From assembly GCA_963804995.1 (NCBI GenBank), contig CAWDSK010000006.1:480001-544000 (forward strand): 64,000 nucleotides of DNA. The letters run 5' to 3'. Of this stretch, positions 42,363-52,991 are shown one piece after another. A model generated the notes under the pieces. The model was not told the origin of the DNA. It saw only the letters and a program-made list of their open reading frames with translations, and searched no databases. The position numbers and the translations under genes are program-made. The DNA comes from an uncultured Acidobacteriota bacterium (GTDB taxonomy: Bacteria; Acidobacteriota; Terriglobia; UBA7540). Each line of letters starts with the position of its first letter. Position 1 is the first letter of the stretch.

Positions 42363-43322
42363 TCACTTCCCCATGGCCTGATCGATGGCGGTCAGAATCG
42401 CATCGGGCGCCTGGGGCTGGCCTTGCTGATTGAGGGCCGCGAAATTGTAATTAGTTCCCTTCGCCAACTTGATGTGAAAGACGCCCATGGCCGCCAAGTA
42501 CACGGCGTTCCGCTTGGCTTCTCTTACGGTGTTCAAGGGTATTTCAAAGTTGTGAATACCGTTGTTACTCTTATAAACTATCATTCCATTGCCAATCGAC
42601 ATGATCCCGACGCAATAATTCTGCCCGCTCTGCCCATGATCGTGCGCCACGGAAAAGGAGACGAATCCCGTGTGGGGCATGTTGGTGAGCGTGGGAGGGG
42701 ACGGGGTGGTGACTTGCGGCTGGGCGGGCGGGGGCGGATTGTAAACGGGGGGAGGCGCCGCTGCCGCCTGCAGATCGGCCGCCACCGTGGTCGTCTGCCC
42801 GACGGTCACCGTCACAGCCTGTTCGCTATCCTGATACCCGGCGAGCGCCAGGCGCACCCGGTGATTCCCCGGCCCGATGCGGGTCAATCTCAGCTTGCCC
42901 TGCAGGCTGGTCGTGCCCACGGGCACATCATCCACGTACACCTGGCATTCACCAGGATGCGACTGAATCATCAGCACCGTGGTGGAACCGGGACTCGGAG
43001 TGGCGTGGGGAGTCCGGGCGGGCAGGGAAGACGCGCGCGGTGCGAGTCCGCGTAAAACCTGAATGAGATCGTCTGACCCGTTGGCAGCACGGATGTCCCT
43101 CTCCGCAGCGGCGTCCATGGGAAAGGCAATGCCCTTTTGCTTGGCAATTTCCGCCACGCGCGTGCTCGCCACACCGCCGGTGAGCAGTTCAATCACATCC
43201 TTCTCGGATAATTTCTTGCCGGCGTTCTGGGATTGCGCCGTAACCGGGCAAAGCGCCATGGCCACCAGAAGGATGATCAGGAATGCCAGGACCCGGTGTT
43301 TACTCTCATTGAAAGGATTCAT
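42363..43322 (-). CDS. Secreted PEGA-domain protein
   Basis: Signal peptide; SHPGECQVYVDDVPVGTT..PGNHRVRL..GYQD. Confidence 0.8.
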   Translation of the reverse strand: MNPFNESKHRVLAFLIILLVAMALCPVTAQSQNAGKKLSEKDVIELLTGGVASTRVAEIAKQKGIAFPMDAAAERDIRAANGSDDLIQVLRGLAPRASSLPARTPHATPSPGSTTVLMIQSHPGECQVYVDDVPVGTTSLQGKLRLTRIGPGNHRVRLALAGYQDSEQAVTVTVGQTTTVAADLQAAAAPPPVYNPPPPAQPQVTTPSPPTLTNMPHTGFVSFSVAHDHGQSGQNYCVGIMSIGNGMIVYKSNNGIHNFEIPLNTVREAKRNAVYLAAMGVFHIKLAKGTNYNFAALNQQGQPQAPDAILTAIDQAMGK

Positions 43323-43400
43323 GTGCGGAGGCGTTACGACAACCTACTGGGACATGTCCCCCAGGCGCGCCGGCGAGAGTCTACGCGAGCGTAGTCCCAC

Positions 43401-45467
43401 CTAATGCAGGACCTTGTCTTCAATTTCCTTGGCCTTGCGCGCTTTCGCGACTTGATCCTTCAGTTTGGCATTGTTTGGATCAATTTTTAACCCATCTTCG
43501 TAAGCCGCGATCGCTGATTCATACTCGCCACGACCGAAGTAGAAATTACCCAAGGTAATCTTATCCTTCACGTCGGGAGGAGGTTTTACCGTCCGCGTGG
43601 CGTTTTTGATCTTGCCGGGCAGCACGCTGTTCGAAGGATCCAGGATCAAAGCTTCCTGGTATGCGGCGACTGCCTTCTCGTTTTCGCCGCGACTCAGGTA
43701 AGCATCCCCCTCAGCATCGTTCTTCTTAACCTGGTTGGCGCGCGCCAGCCGGTCGCTAACCTCGGAGTTCTGAGGATCGAGATTTGCGCCGTCCTGGTAA
43801 GCGGAGATGGCCTGGTCGTACTGGCCGCGATTCAGATAGTTATCACCCCTCTTTATCGCCGCGCGGACCTTCGCCGGGTCAGCTTTGCGGGGTGGGGGTG
43901 GGGGAGGCGGCACAACAACGTTGGGGGCTGTCACAGTGACGAACGCCGTGCGGTGGTCCGTGGCGCCCCCTTGTCCGGTGACGTTCAGGGTGTATGTGGT
44001 CGATGATAGTGGGGTGACCGACGTAGAACCCTGCGCCTGGACCTTGCCCACTCCTGGTTCCAAGTCCAGGTCCGTGGCGCCTTGGGAAGACCAGGTCAAC
44101 GTGACGGATTGGCCTTTCTCGATACTGGACGGAGCTGCACTCAGCGAAGCGGTCAGCGTTTCCCCCGGAGGTTTCGGCGTCGGGGTGAGAATATACAAAA
44201 TCCCGCCCGCCAATCCCACGATCAGGACAATCAATGCCACCCACATCCCCCAACGCGATTCCGGAGGCTTGGGCCTTTGGACCACAGGCTGAGGAATGGG
44301 TGGCGGAGGCTGTGGCCTTGGCTGGGGTAGGGGTTGCGGTTTCACAACCCTGGGCTGTTCAGGCTGCCGCGGCTGAGGAATCGGCGGCCGGGGAATAACC
44401 TGCCCCACCGCGGCAGACGGGTCAAGGCTGTGTGCCGAGTGCCCGCCGCCCGCCGCATTCATCTCATCGACAGTCACCACGTGGGTCGGGACCGAGTCCT
44501 CGGTGGCCATCTCCCTTTCGGCCCTTTCAATCTCCTGGATCAGCGCCCGTCCGGAAGCGGGGCGCAGATCGCGATTCTTCTCGAGCAGCCGCATGGTCAA
44601 CATGGCCACGGGTTCAGGCACTTGCAGTTCCGGATGCGCTACCCAGATGGGGGCCGGAGGCTTCTGCATGTGCGCGAGCAGCATCTCCATGGTGGTGTCG
44701 GCCTTGAAGGGAAGGTCTGCGGTCAGCATCTGGTACATCACGATGCCGAGCGAGTAAAGGTCCGCGCGGCCATCCAATTCATCGCCACGTTTCCCCATGG
44801 CCTGTTCAGGAGACATGTACTGCGGTGTGCCGATGACCACGCCGGTGCCCGTCAGGGTCAGGCCCTGGCCCTCACCAATTCGAGCTTCCTTCACCTTGGC
44901 GATTCCGAAGTCGAGAACTTTCACCATCTCGCCCTCAGGAGCGTCCACCAGGGCGATGTTCTCCGGCTTTATGTCGCGGTGGACCATGCCCAGCCGGTGC
45001 GCTGCATCGAGGGCCGCCGCCGCCTGTTTGATGAGATTACACACACGCTCGGCGGGAAGCGGGCCTTGCTCGCGGATAAGCTTTTTCAGGCTGATGCCCT
45101 CGATGAACTCCATGACAATGAAGGGGCGTCCATCTTCGGCCTCGTCGATATCGTCCACGCGCACGGCGTTAGGGTGCTGAAGCTTCCTGGTGATCACGGC
45201 CTCGTGCTTGAAACGCTTCACGAAAAGTTCGTCGCTCAGCAACTCCGGCGCGATCACCTTCAGCGCCCGCAATTCGTCAAACGCCAAGTGCAAGGCCTTA
45301 TAAACTGCGCCCATACCGCCCTGCCCAACCTTGCTCAAGAGGCGGTATTTCCCACGGATCACACTTCCTTCCGACCAGGTTCCGATGTCGAGGAGCGGAG
45401 TGCCATCCTGAGGGCAGACGGCAAAGTTATTTGGATAACTTCCTTGGCATGTCGGGCAACTCTTCAT
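43401..45467 (-). CDS. Membrane Ser/Thr kinase (Zn ribbon, kinase, Pro-rich, TM, Ig-like, TPR)
   Basis: GQGGMG, HRDIKPEN, DFG, GTPQYMSPE; TPR repeats. Confidence 0.92.
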   Translation of the reverse strand: MKSCPTCQGSYPNNFAVCPQDGTPLLDIGTWSEGSVIRGKYRLLSKVGQGGMGAVYKALHLAFDELRALKVIAPELLSDELFVKRFKHEAVITRKLQHPNAVRVDDIDEAEDGRPFIVMEFIEGISLKKLIREQGPLPAERVCNLIKQAAAALDAAHRLGMVHRDIKPENIALVDAPEGEMVKVLDFGIAKVKEARIGEGQGLTLTGTGVVIGTPQYMSPEQAMGKRGDELDGRADLYSLGIVMYQMLTADLPFKADTTMEMLLAHMQKPPAPIWVAHPELQVPEPVAMLTMRLLEKNRDLRPASGRALIQEIERAEREMATEDSVPTHVVTVDEMNAAGGGHSAHSLDPSAAVGQVIPRPPIPQPRQPEQPRVVKPQPLPQPRPQPPPPIPQPVVQRPKPPESRWGMWVALIVLIVGLAGGILYILTPTPKPPGETLTASLSAAPSSIEKGQSVTLTWSSQGATDLDLEPGVGKVQAQGSTSVTPLSSTTYTLNVTGQGGATDHRTAFVTVTAPNVVVPPPPPPPRKADPAKVRAAIKRGDNYLNRGQYDQAISAYQDGANLDPQNSEVSDRLARANQVKKNDAEGDAYLSRGENEKAVAAYQEALILDPSNSVLPGKIKNATRTVKPPPDVKDKITLGNFYFGRGEYESAIAAYEDGLKIDPNNAKLKDQVAKARKAKEIEDKVLH

Positions 45468-45693
45468 GAGATTCCCTATTCAACCTACCTTCGCCAGAGT
45501 ATATCACGAGCTGACAATAAGAAAATCGGCTCAAAGGCCCCTGGCTTTAGCGGTTTGTGACCTCCCCGCGGTGGTCCTAACCAAGAGCTTAAATCCATGA
45601 CCAGCGGGGACTTTCCTTTGAGGGGCAATGACCACCTCAGGGCGGTCCACAAAGGTCAGAAGTGTACTCCGGAACTGGCTTCAAGGTAAACCT

Positions 45694-46014
45694 TTACGCG
45701 CAAAATCCGGGCCGCGTCGTCGGCCCTTCATTCCCCCTGGGATTCCTAAGCAAGATTTCATCGCCCCCCCTCTTAAAATACAGAACGCTGATCACAGTGT
45801 ATCTTGCGAAGGAAAGCAGGGTCTCATTCCTTTGGAATCTGTCCAAAGGGAATTGGCGCGCGATACTCCCAGTCAGCCGTGACGTTGGTTTTGTACCGAA
45901 ACAGTTTGCAGACTTCGCAAAGCTGCGCAACTGCGTAAGGGCTATCCTGATCGTGCCATTGGTGGTGGCACGTACCCGCCAACGGTTTTTTTTGCTCCGG
46001 CAAAATCGATTCAT
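45694..46014 (-). CDS. Possible short hypothetical protein
   Basis: ORF only; reading frame uncertain. Confidence 0.25.
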   Translation of the reverse strand: MNRFCRSKKNRWRVRATTNGTIRIALTQLRSFAKSANCFGTKPTSRLTGSIARQFPLDRFQRNETLLSFARYTVISVLYFKRGGDEILLRNPRGNEGPTTRPGFCA

Positions 46015-46103
46015 CCATCATCATCCGTCCTGAACGCTCCATGGGTCCGGTTAGTTTGGCTCGAGGCGCAGCACCAGGAAGCCTGGCAATCCTCCGCAGG
46101 TTT

Positions 46104-47264
46104 TCACTTAACCTTCACCAGCACTACACCATGCTTTGGAACCACGGCCTTGAAGGGGTCCGACACCACGCCCAGGTCCTTCTTAGCCCAGAGGTCGCGC
46201 ACGCTTACCGCGTCCCCCACGCCAATATCCCGGAAGTGCGCGGTCACAGGCATGGTGGATTCTCCCCGATTGAACAAGCCCACGGCCTTACTTCCGTCGG
46301 CGAGCGGTTTCACCCATATCTCCAGCGGGCCTTCTTGCGCCACGATGTATGCCTGGATACCGGCCGGATCCTGGTCGACCGCGATCACTTCCGGATTCGT
46401 CAAGATCGCGAGGGTCTCAGGGCTCATCTTGGAGAGGTCGTTTCCAGCGAGCAACGGGGCTGCCAGCAGACACCACAAGCTCATGTGGGTGAGGTATTCG
46501 TCGTGCGTCATCTTGCCATTTCCGACTTCCAGCATGTCGGGGTCATTCCAGTGGCCCGGGCCGGCAAAGCGTTCCAGGCCGCCTTGTCCAAAGCCGATAT
46601 ACGCCATGCTGTCGTAGTTATCCCGGATGTCATCGGTGGTGCGCCACAAGTTGCCCCCCACGGACGGCGCCCAAGACCAGACCCGATCCATCCCGTATTG
46701 GCAAAGGCTGAAGACGATCGGCCGCCCGGCCTTTACCAGCGCCTCGTGCATCTTTCGGTAGGCGGAAATCTGGGCGGGCACATTTCCCTTGAAACTGCAA
46801 TAGTCGTACTTCAGATAATCAAAACCCCACTGTGCGTAGGTCTCCGCGTCCTGCTCTTCGTGGCCGAAGCTGCCCTCGAAACCCGCGCAGGTCTTGGGGC
46901 CCGGCGAAGAGTAGATTCCAATCTTTAAGCCTTTGCCGTGGACGTAGTCGGCCAGCGCCTTCATGTCGGGAAATTTCCCATTGGCCCGAATGAAGCCTTT
47001 CTCGTCACGCGTGCCCTGCCAGCAGTCGTCGATGTTCACATACGTGTAACCGGCCGCTTTCATCCCGTTGGTCGCGATGGCGTCTGCGGCGGAGCGCACG
47101 TCGGCTTCGGTGACCTTGCAGGCAAAATGGTTCCAACTGTTCCAACCCATGGGAGGCGTGCGCGCCAAGCCTGTGCCCTGGGCAAGCAGGCTGGAACCTG
47201 AACCGAGCACGAGAATGAAAAAGAAGAAAGTTTGCGTCCACCCGCGATCAAGACGGCTATTCAT
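46104..47264 (-). CDS. GH27 alpha-galactosidase
   Basis: TPPMGWNSWN, IDDCW, LKYDYC, WNDPDML. Confidence 0.93.
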   Translation of the reverse strand: MNSRLDRGWTQTFFFFILVLGSGSSLLAQGTGLARTPPMGWNSWNHFACKVTEADVRSAADAIATNGMKAAGYTYVNIDDCWQGTRDEKGFIRANGKFPDMKALADYVHGKGLKIGIYSSPGPKTCAGFEGSFGHEEQDAETYAQWGFDYLKYDYCSFKGNVPAQISAYRKMHEALVKAGRPIVFSLCQYGMDRVWSWAPSVGGNLWRTTDDIRDNYDSMAYIGFGQGGLERFAGPGHWNDPDMLEVGNGKMTHDEYLTHMSLWCLLAAPLLAGNDLSKMSPETLAILTNPEVIAVDQDPAGIQAYIVAQEGPLEIWVKPLADGSKAVGLFNRGESTMPVTAHFRDIGVGDAVSVRDLWAKKDLGVVSDPFKAVVPKHGVVLVKVK

Positions 47265-47681
47265 AATCTGGCTCCTAACAAGAGAATCGTGTCAGTACAG
47301 CGTTTGCTCCAGAAAAGCACTGTTGCCGCGCGCAGTGTACTACCTCGTGATGCAATCGTCCAGTTCGACTATCAGGGGTGTTCAACTAGAAAGGGAGACA
47401 CCGCTGAGGGAATCAGCCGGTCTTTCTCTCCAGCCAGAACCAACTTCTACGAGCGGTTGAAAGGGCGGGGCGCCAGCCTTGAAGTCAATCCCCGGCAGAA
47501 TGTAACCTGACTCCACTCTCGAAGCATCTAATCGGAAACCAATCCGTGTATAATCTATGCCGGAAGTAATTTCTGAAGGAAATCCTGGTACAGGGTTTCT
47601 CTCCAATCAGTAAGATCGTCATCAGGGCAACGAGAGCGAGTCATCAATAAGACTGTGCCGTGAGCAGAGTGGCATGGCCGC

Positions 47682-48662
47682 GTGCTGCCTGACTGGCACA
47701 CTGGGCCTGAGAATTCACTCCCCGAGGGATATTCCGTGGCGAAGGAAGCGGGATTGGGTCCAATATCGTTCAGACGTGGATGGGTCTTCATTGCTTTGGT
47801 CGCGATGGGTCTGATCATTGCCTGGAACGCCCGATCTGCCGGGGTTCCAGGTCAGGAAAAACCGAAGGCCACCGTCGCCGCCAAACCGGCAGCCAACCGG
47901 GGTGGCGAGGCTCTTTTCCGCGTGAATTGCGCCGACTGCCATGGGCTTGATGCGCGCGGCGGAAGCCAGGGACCGGACCTCACCGCCAGTCGGGCGATGC
48001 ATGGCGAAAGTGATGCCGCGCTCATCCGCACGATTACCAAGGGCGTTCCCGGAACTGCCATGCCGGCAAATGATCTCACCGAACCAGAGACTCGACTGGT
48101 CATCGCTTATGTCCGAGCCCTGGCGGCGGGCGTTCATGTCGAAATAACTGGCGACCGCGAAAAGGGCAAAACCATTTTCTACGGCAAGGGAAACTGCACG
48201 AGTTGCCACATGGTCAATGGCCAGGGAGGACGTTTGGGGCCGGACCTCTCAGGGGTCGGCGCGTCTCGGTCCATTCAATACCTGATCGATTCGATCCGTG
48301 AGCCCAGCAAGGAATTGACCGAGGGAATGGGCCAGTTGAACAGCCAATTCGAATCGCCGGCCATCTACGAAACCGTCACCGTGGTGACCCAGGACGGCAA
48401 GCGTATCATCGGGGTACCCAGGAACGAAGACAACTTCTCAATTCAGTTGCTGGATACAAGTGAGGAGCTGCATCTGTTCTTGAAGAAAGATCTCAAGGAG
48501 GTCATTCACGAACGGAAATCGCTGATGCCTCCCTACGACGAAAACACAATTAGCAAAGCGGAACTCCAGGACCTTCTGGCGTTTCTCCAAACCTTGCACC
48601 CAACGAAAGCACTGACTGGAGAACCGCCTAAGAAGGCATTGACCAAGGCTCCCAATAAGTAA
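47682..48662 (+). CDS. Di-heme c-type cytochrome (start uncertain)
   Basis: CADCH and CTSCH. Confidence 0.85.
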   Translation: MLPDWHTGPENSLPEGYSVAKEAGLGPISFRRGWVFIALVAMGLIIAWNARSAGVPGQEKPKATVAAKPAANRGGEALFRVNCADCHGLDARGGSQGPDLTASRAMHGESDAALIRTITKGVPGTAMPANDLTEPETRLVIAYVRALAAGVHVEITGDREKGKTIFYGKGNCTSCHMVNGQGGRLGPDLSGVGASRSIQYLIDSIREPSKELTEGMGQLNSQFESPAIYETVTVVTQDGKRIIGVPRNEDNFSIQLLDTSEELHLFLKKDLKEVIHERKSLMPPYDENTISKAELQDLLAFLQTLHPTKALTGEPPKKALTKAPNK

Positions 48663-48676
48663 CCAGGTAAACCGAT

Positions 48677-50296
48677 ATGCGGATGAGAACGAATCAAGTC
48701 TTGCTGAATTTATTGCTGGCGTGCGTCGTCGCTCCTACCTTCGCGCAAGTCACTTCCGATCGATTGCTCAAAACCGCGCGCGAGCCACAGAATTGGCTGA
48801 CGTACTCGGGCAACTACGCGGGCTGGCGGTACAGCACGCTCGACCAGATTAATGTCTCGAACATCAGCAGGCTCCAGGCGCAATGGGTTTTCCAAAGTGG
48901 CGTGCAGGGTCTTTTCGAGACCACTCCGCTGGTAGTGGATGGCGTCCTTTACGGGACCGGGCCTGAGGACGTGGCCTTCGCGGTGGACGCGCGCACGGGC
49001 AAAGCCATCTGGCGGTACAAGCGGGCGCTTCCTGAGAAAATGACGGTCTGTTGCGGCCACGTCAATCGCGGATTCGCAATCCTCGGCTCGAAGGTCTTCA
49101 TGGCGACACTCGATGCCCACGTGATTGCCCTCGATACGAAAACCGGGAACCTGGTGTGGGATACCCCGGCAGCGGATTCGAGCAAAGGTTACAGCTTCAC
49201 CCTGGCGCCGCTCCTGGTTAAGGACAAAGTCGTGGTCGGTGTTTCCGGGGGCGAGTATGGCATTCGTGGATTCATCGATGCCTACGACGCGAACACCGGC
49301 AAGCGAGTTTGGCGCCACTACACCGTTCCTGTCCCTGGCGAACCCGGCGCCGAAACCTGGAGCGGAACTTCCTGGAAGACCGGGGGCGCGCCGGCCTGGA
49401 TCACGGGCTCTTATGATCCCGACCTGAATCTGCTTTATTGGCCCACCGGCAATCCTTCCCCCGACTTGTATGGCCGCGACCGCCAGGGCGACAACCTCTT
49501 CAGCGACTGCCTGCTGGCGCTCGATGCGGATTCGGGCAAGCTCAAATGGTATTTCCAGTTTACCCCGCACGACGTGTACGACTACGATGCCACGGAAGTG
49601 CCCATCCTCCTGGACGCCGATTGGAACGGCCAGCCCCGCAAGCTGCTGCTCCACGCCAATCGCAACGGCTTCTACTATGTGCTGGATCGCACCAATGGCC
49701 AGTTCCTGCTCGCGAAACAATACGCCAAGGTGACCTGGGCGAAAGGTATCGATGCGGCAGGCAGGCCCATTCCGCAATTCCGAGACCTTCCCCTTTCCGG
49801 AAACACGAATCTCTGCCCCAGCGTTTTGGGAGCGACGAATTGGTTTTCGCCCTCCTACAATCCGCAAACCGGCCTGGTTTATGTGTCCGCGTTTGAGCGC
49901 TGTGAGAACTTCACCTCCTGGCCTCAACCCTACGAGGAAGGTCATCGTTTCATCGGAAGCACCGGAAATAAGCTCAAGGATGAAAAAGACTGGGGAGCGG
50001 TTCGCGCCCTTGACCCCCATTCTGGTGAAATGAAATGGGAATTCAAATTCTATTCCGGCCCCTGGGCAGGTACGTTGTCGACGGCCGGCGGTCTGGTTCT
50101 CACCGGCGATATCGATGGCAACCTGATCGCCTTGGATGCGCGGACCGGCGAGCACCTGTGGCATTTCCAAACCGGCGCTGCGGTCAACTCTGCCCCCATG
50201 ACCTTCTCTGTTGACGGCAAGCAGTACATCGCCATTCCCGCCGGTGGCGCCCTCTTCACTTTTGGACTTCCAGATGGGGAGATCCAAGGGCACTGA
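48677..50296 (+). CDS. PQQ-dependent alcohol dehydrogenase-family quinoprotein
   Basis: VCCGHVNRG, GGEYG, TGNP, PHDVYDYD, Trp-docking repeats. Confidence 0.92.
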   Translation: MRMRTNQVLLNLLLACVVAPTFAQVTSDRLLKTAREPQNWLTYSGNYAGWRYSTLDQINVSNISRLQAQWVFQSGVQGLFETTPLVVDGVLYGTGPEDVAFAVDARTGKAIWRYKRALPEKMTVCCGHVNRGFAILGSKVFMATLDAHVIALDTKTGNLVWDTPAADSSKGYSFTLAPLLVKDKVVVGVSGGEYGIRGFIDAYDANTGKRVWRHYTVPVPGEPGAETWSGTSWKTGGAPAWITGSYDPDLNLLYWPTGNPSPDLYGRDRQGDNLFSDCLLALDADSGKLKWYFQFTPHDVYDYDATEVPILLDADWNGQPRKLLLHANRNGFYYVLDRTNGQFLLAKQYAKVTWAKGIDAAGRPIPQFRDLPLSGNTNLCPSVLGATNWFSPSYNPQTGLVYVSAFERCENFTSWPQPYEEGHRFIGSTGNKLKDEKDWGAVRALDPHSGEMKWEFKFYSGPWAGTLSTAGGLVLTGDIDGNLIALDARTGEHLWHFQTGAAVNSAPMTFSVDGKQYIAIPAGGALFTFGLPDGEIQGH

Positions 50297-50536
50297 TCCC
50301 TTTGGACCTGAATTCCAACTGTCTGCCCTCACGGGCCTGAGGCGGGCGCTTCGCGACCTGTCCCGATTTGATCGGGAACCACCCCTACTTTCCACCTTCA
50401 ACTTTCGACTTTCAACTATCGACTAATCGGTGATACCTTGCCGCGCAGTGCAGAGGCCGTCTCCTGGCAGGAGTGCAAGTCGTCTTGCCCACATAGTTTT
50501 AATCTGCGGCGGCCAGCCATCATTCAAGGAGGACTC

Positions 50537-51868
50537 ATGCTCCCAGATAAATTCATGGAAAGGCGAAAGTTTCTTAAAGGCGTAGCAGCGGCAGGGGCTG
50601 GCCTTGCGGCGGGGCTAAGCTCAGGACCCGCGCTGCTGGCCCAGAAGTCTCCCAACGACGTCATCGGGGTGGCCCACATCGGCGTGGGGACGCAAGGGCA
50701 CCGTCTGTTGGGGTTCTCTCAGGCGGTCCCCAATGCCGAAGTTCGCGTCATCTGTGATATTTATCAGGGCAACGTGGAGCGCGCCAAGCGGTTGTGCAAA
50801 AACCCGCAAGTCCGTTTCGTTCACGAATGGGAAAAGGTGCTCGAAGACCCTGACATCGATGCCGTGGTCATCGCCGTGCCGGATTTCTGGCACGCGCCGA
50901 TGGTGATTGCGGCCGCGCAGGCGAAGAAGGACATCTACGTTGAGAAAGGTTGGTGCACGAGGCTCGCCGACGCCAAGAAGATGCGCGCGGCGATAAAGGA
51001 CAACAAAGTCGTCATGCAGTTGGGGCACAATTACAACAGCCTGCCCGCCTATCACAAGGCGCGAGAGATTTTCCGTTCCGGCGACATGGGCAAGGTGCCG
51101 CTGATTCGCACCTACATCGACCGGGCCGAGACGCGGCCCATGTGGAAGTTCTACACCGATTACGACATTCACGAATTGCCCAAGGATGCAGGGCCCAACA
51201 CGATTGACTGGGACCGCTTCATCGCCAATGCCCCCAAGCGCCCCTTCGATGCCGAGCGCTTTTTTACGTGGAGGTGCTACTGGGATTACGGCACCGGTAT
51301 CGCGGGCGACCTACTGAGCCATCTTTGGGACGGTGTCAACATGATCGTGGGCATGGGGATTCCTGACACCGCCGTGACCCAGGGCGGAACGTATTTCTGG
51401 ACCGGCGATCGCGAAGTCCCGGACCAATGGAATGTCCTGTTCGACTATCCCAAGCAGAATATGGGACTGAGCTTCGCCTGCAATTTTCATAACTGCCATG
51501 TGGGTGAGATGACCCAAATTCTGGGCCGGGATTTGACCGTGGAAGTGAACACGGGCCTGTGCCGAACCTACAGTCCGGAGTGGAAGCCCGAGCATCAACT
51601 GAAAGTGAAGAGGGCGCAGGAACTGGCGTGGCAGTTCGGCCTGGAACCAAAAGACGCCGTCGTGCTGCCGGACTACACGATGAAACCCGGAGAGGTTGTG
51701 GTCACCTCCCACATGCAGGATTTTCTCGACTGCACGCGGACGCGCACCGTGCCGCGCTGCGGAGTCGACCGGGCCTTCGAGGAAGCCGCCACCATCCTAA
51801 TGTCGGTGGAGGCCTTCAAGAAGGACCGCAAAGTACGTTGGGACCCGGTCAAGGAGGAAATCGTCTGA
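50537..51868 (+). CDS. Tat-exported Gfo/Idh/MocA oxidoreductase
   Basis: RRKFLK signal, VPDFWH, YVEK. Confidence 0.88.
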   Translation: MLPDKFMERRKFLKGVAAAGAGLAAGLSSGPALLAQKSPNDVIGVAHIGVGTQGHRLLGFSQAVPNAEVRVICDIYQGNVERAKRLCKNPQVRFVHEWEKVLEDPDIDAVVIAVPDFWHAPMVIAAAQAKKDIYVEKGWCTRLADAKKMRAAIKDNKVVMQLGHNYNSLPAYHKAREIFRSGDMGKVPLIRTYIDRAETRPMWKFYTDYDIHELPKDAGPNTIDWDRFIANAPKRPFDAERFFTWRCYWDYGTGIAGDLLSHLWDGVNMIVGMGIPDTAVTQGGTYFWTGDREVPDQWNVLFDYPKQNMGLSFACNFHNCHVGEMTQILGRDLTVEVNTGLCRTYSPEWKPEHQLKVKRAQELAWQFGLEPKDAVVLPDYTMKPGEVVVTSHMQDFLDCTRTRTVPRCGVDRAFEEAATILMSVEAFKKDRKVRWDPVKEEIV

Positions 51869-51982
51869 ATCGATTTGCAGGTTCAATGCTCATGAATCAA
51901 TTGCTCAATCCACCCTGCACGTCACTGGTCTCTCGTCACTTGTCACTCGTCACTCGTCACTGTGCTTGGGAGGCTGCCACGC

Positions 51983-52942
51983 ATGCGCGATGACTTGTGC
52001 CGCTCAGCCATCGAGGCGATTGGAGAAACCCCGCTTGTCGAGCTCGCCCGCATCACTCGTGACCTGGGCGGAAGAATTCTTGCCAAGCTCGAAAATCTGA
52101 ACCCGGGATACTCGAAGAAAGACCGCATCGCGCGGCAGATCATCGAGGATGCGGAAGCGGGGAAAGCCCTCCGGCCGGGCCAGACGGTGGTCGAGTTGAC
52201 GAGCGGGAACACGGGGACCGGTCTCGCCATCGTCTGCGGAATCCGCGGATACCCTTTTGTGGCGGTGATGTCCAAAGGGAATTCCAAGGAACGCGCCCAG
52301 ATGATGGCCGCCCTGGGCGCGGAGGTGGTCCTGGTTGATCAGCTTCCCGGTTCCGTGCCGGGCCAGGTTTCCGGTGGTGACTTGGAGTTGGTCGAGCAGG
52401 AAGCGCAACGCATCGTTGAAACTCGCCAGGCCTTTCGCGCCGATCAATTCAAACTCGAAAGCAACTTTCGCGCCCACTACCTGCACACTGGCCCTGAGAT
52501 TCTGCGGCAGGCAAAGAATCAGGTGGACGCTTTTTGTGATTTTGCGGGAACGGGCGGCTCGTTTGGAGGCTGTGCCGCCGCCTTCAAGGAAGCAAACCCG
52601 CAGATTCGGTGCTATGTTGTCGAACCACGGGGCGCCGCCGTGCTCGCCGGGGAACCCGCTACCCATCCCAATCACCGCATCCAGGGCGGCGGCTATTCGA
52701 TGCCGGACCTCAAGTTCATCAAGCCTGAACTGGTCGATGGCTACCTGCAAGTGAGCGACGAGGAAGCTATCCAAGCCACGCGGCGCCTGGCTAAAGAGGA
52801 AGGCATCTTCGCCGGGTTCTCCTCGGGAGCGAACCTGGCCGCTGCACTACAATTGCTTCAGGGCCCGCACCAAGGCAAAACCATCGCCATCCTCATCTGC
52901 GACTCCGGGTTGAAGTACTTGACGACCGACCTATGGACGTAA
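51983..52942 (+). CDS. Cysteine synthase-family PLP enzyme
   Basis: NPGYSKKDR, TSGNTG, GTGG, CDSGLKY. Confidence 0.88.
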   Translation: MRDDLCRSAIEAIGETPLVELARITRDLGGRILAKLENLNPGYSKKDRIARQIIEDAEAGKALRPGQTVVELTSGNTGTGLAIVCGIRGYPFVAVMSKGNSKERAQMMAALGAEVVLVDQLPGSVPGQVSGGDLELVEQEAQRIVETRQAFRADQFKLESNFRAHYLHTGPEILRQAKNQVDAFCDFAGTGGSFGGCAAAFKEANPQIRCYVVEPRGAAVLAGEPATHPNHRIQGGGYSMPDLKFIKPELVDGYLQVSDEEAIQATRRLAKEEGIFAGFSSGANLAAALQLLQGPHQGKTIAILICDSGLKYLTTDLWT

Positions 52943-52991
52943 GGCGGCGAATCGGGTCATCGGGCCATCGGGCGATCGCGCCTGCCGATGT

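Noticed and set aside
48710..50401. Long antisense ORFs (also 15766-17142, 17855-19090, 44334-45560, 59551-60714)
   Set aside because: Shadows of well-supported genes on the opposite strand in GC-rich DNA; no motifs.
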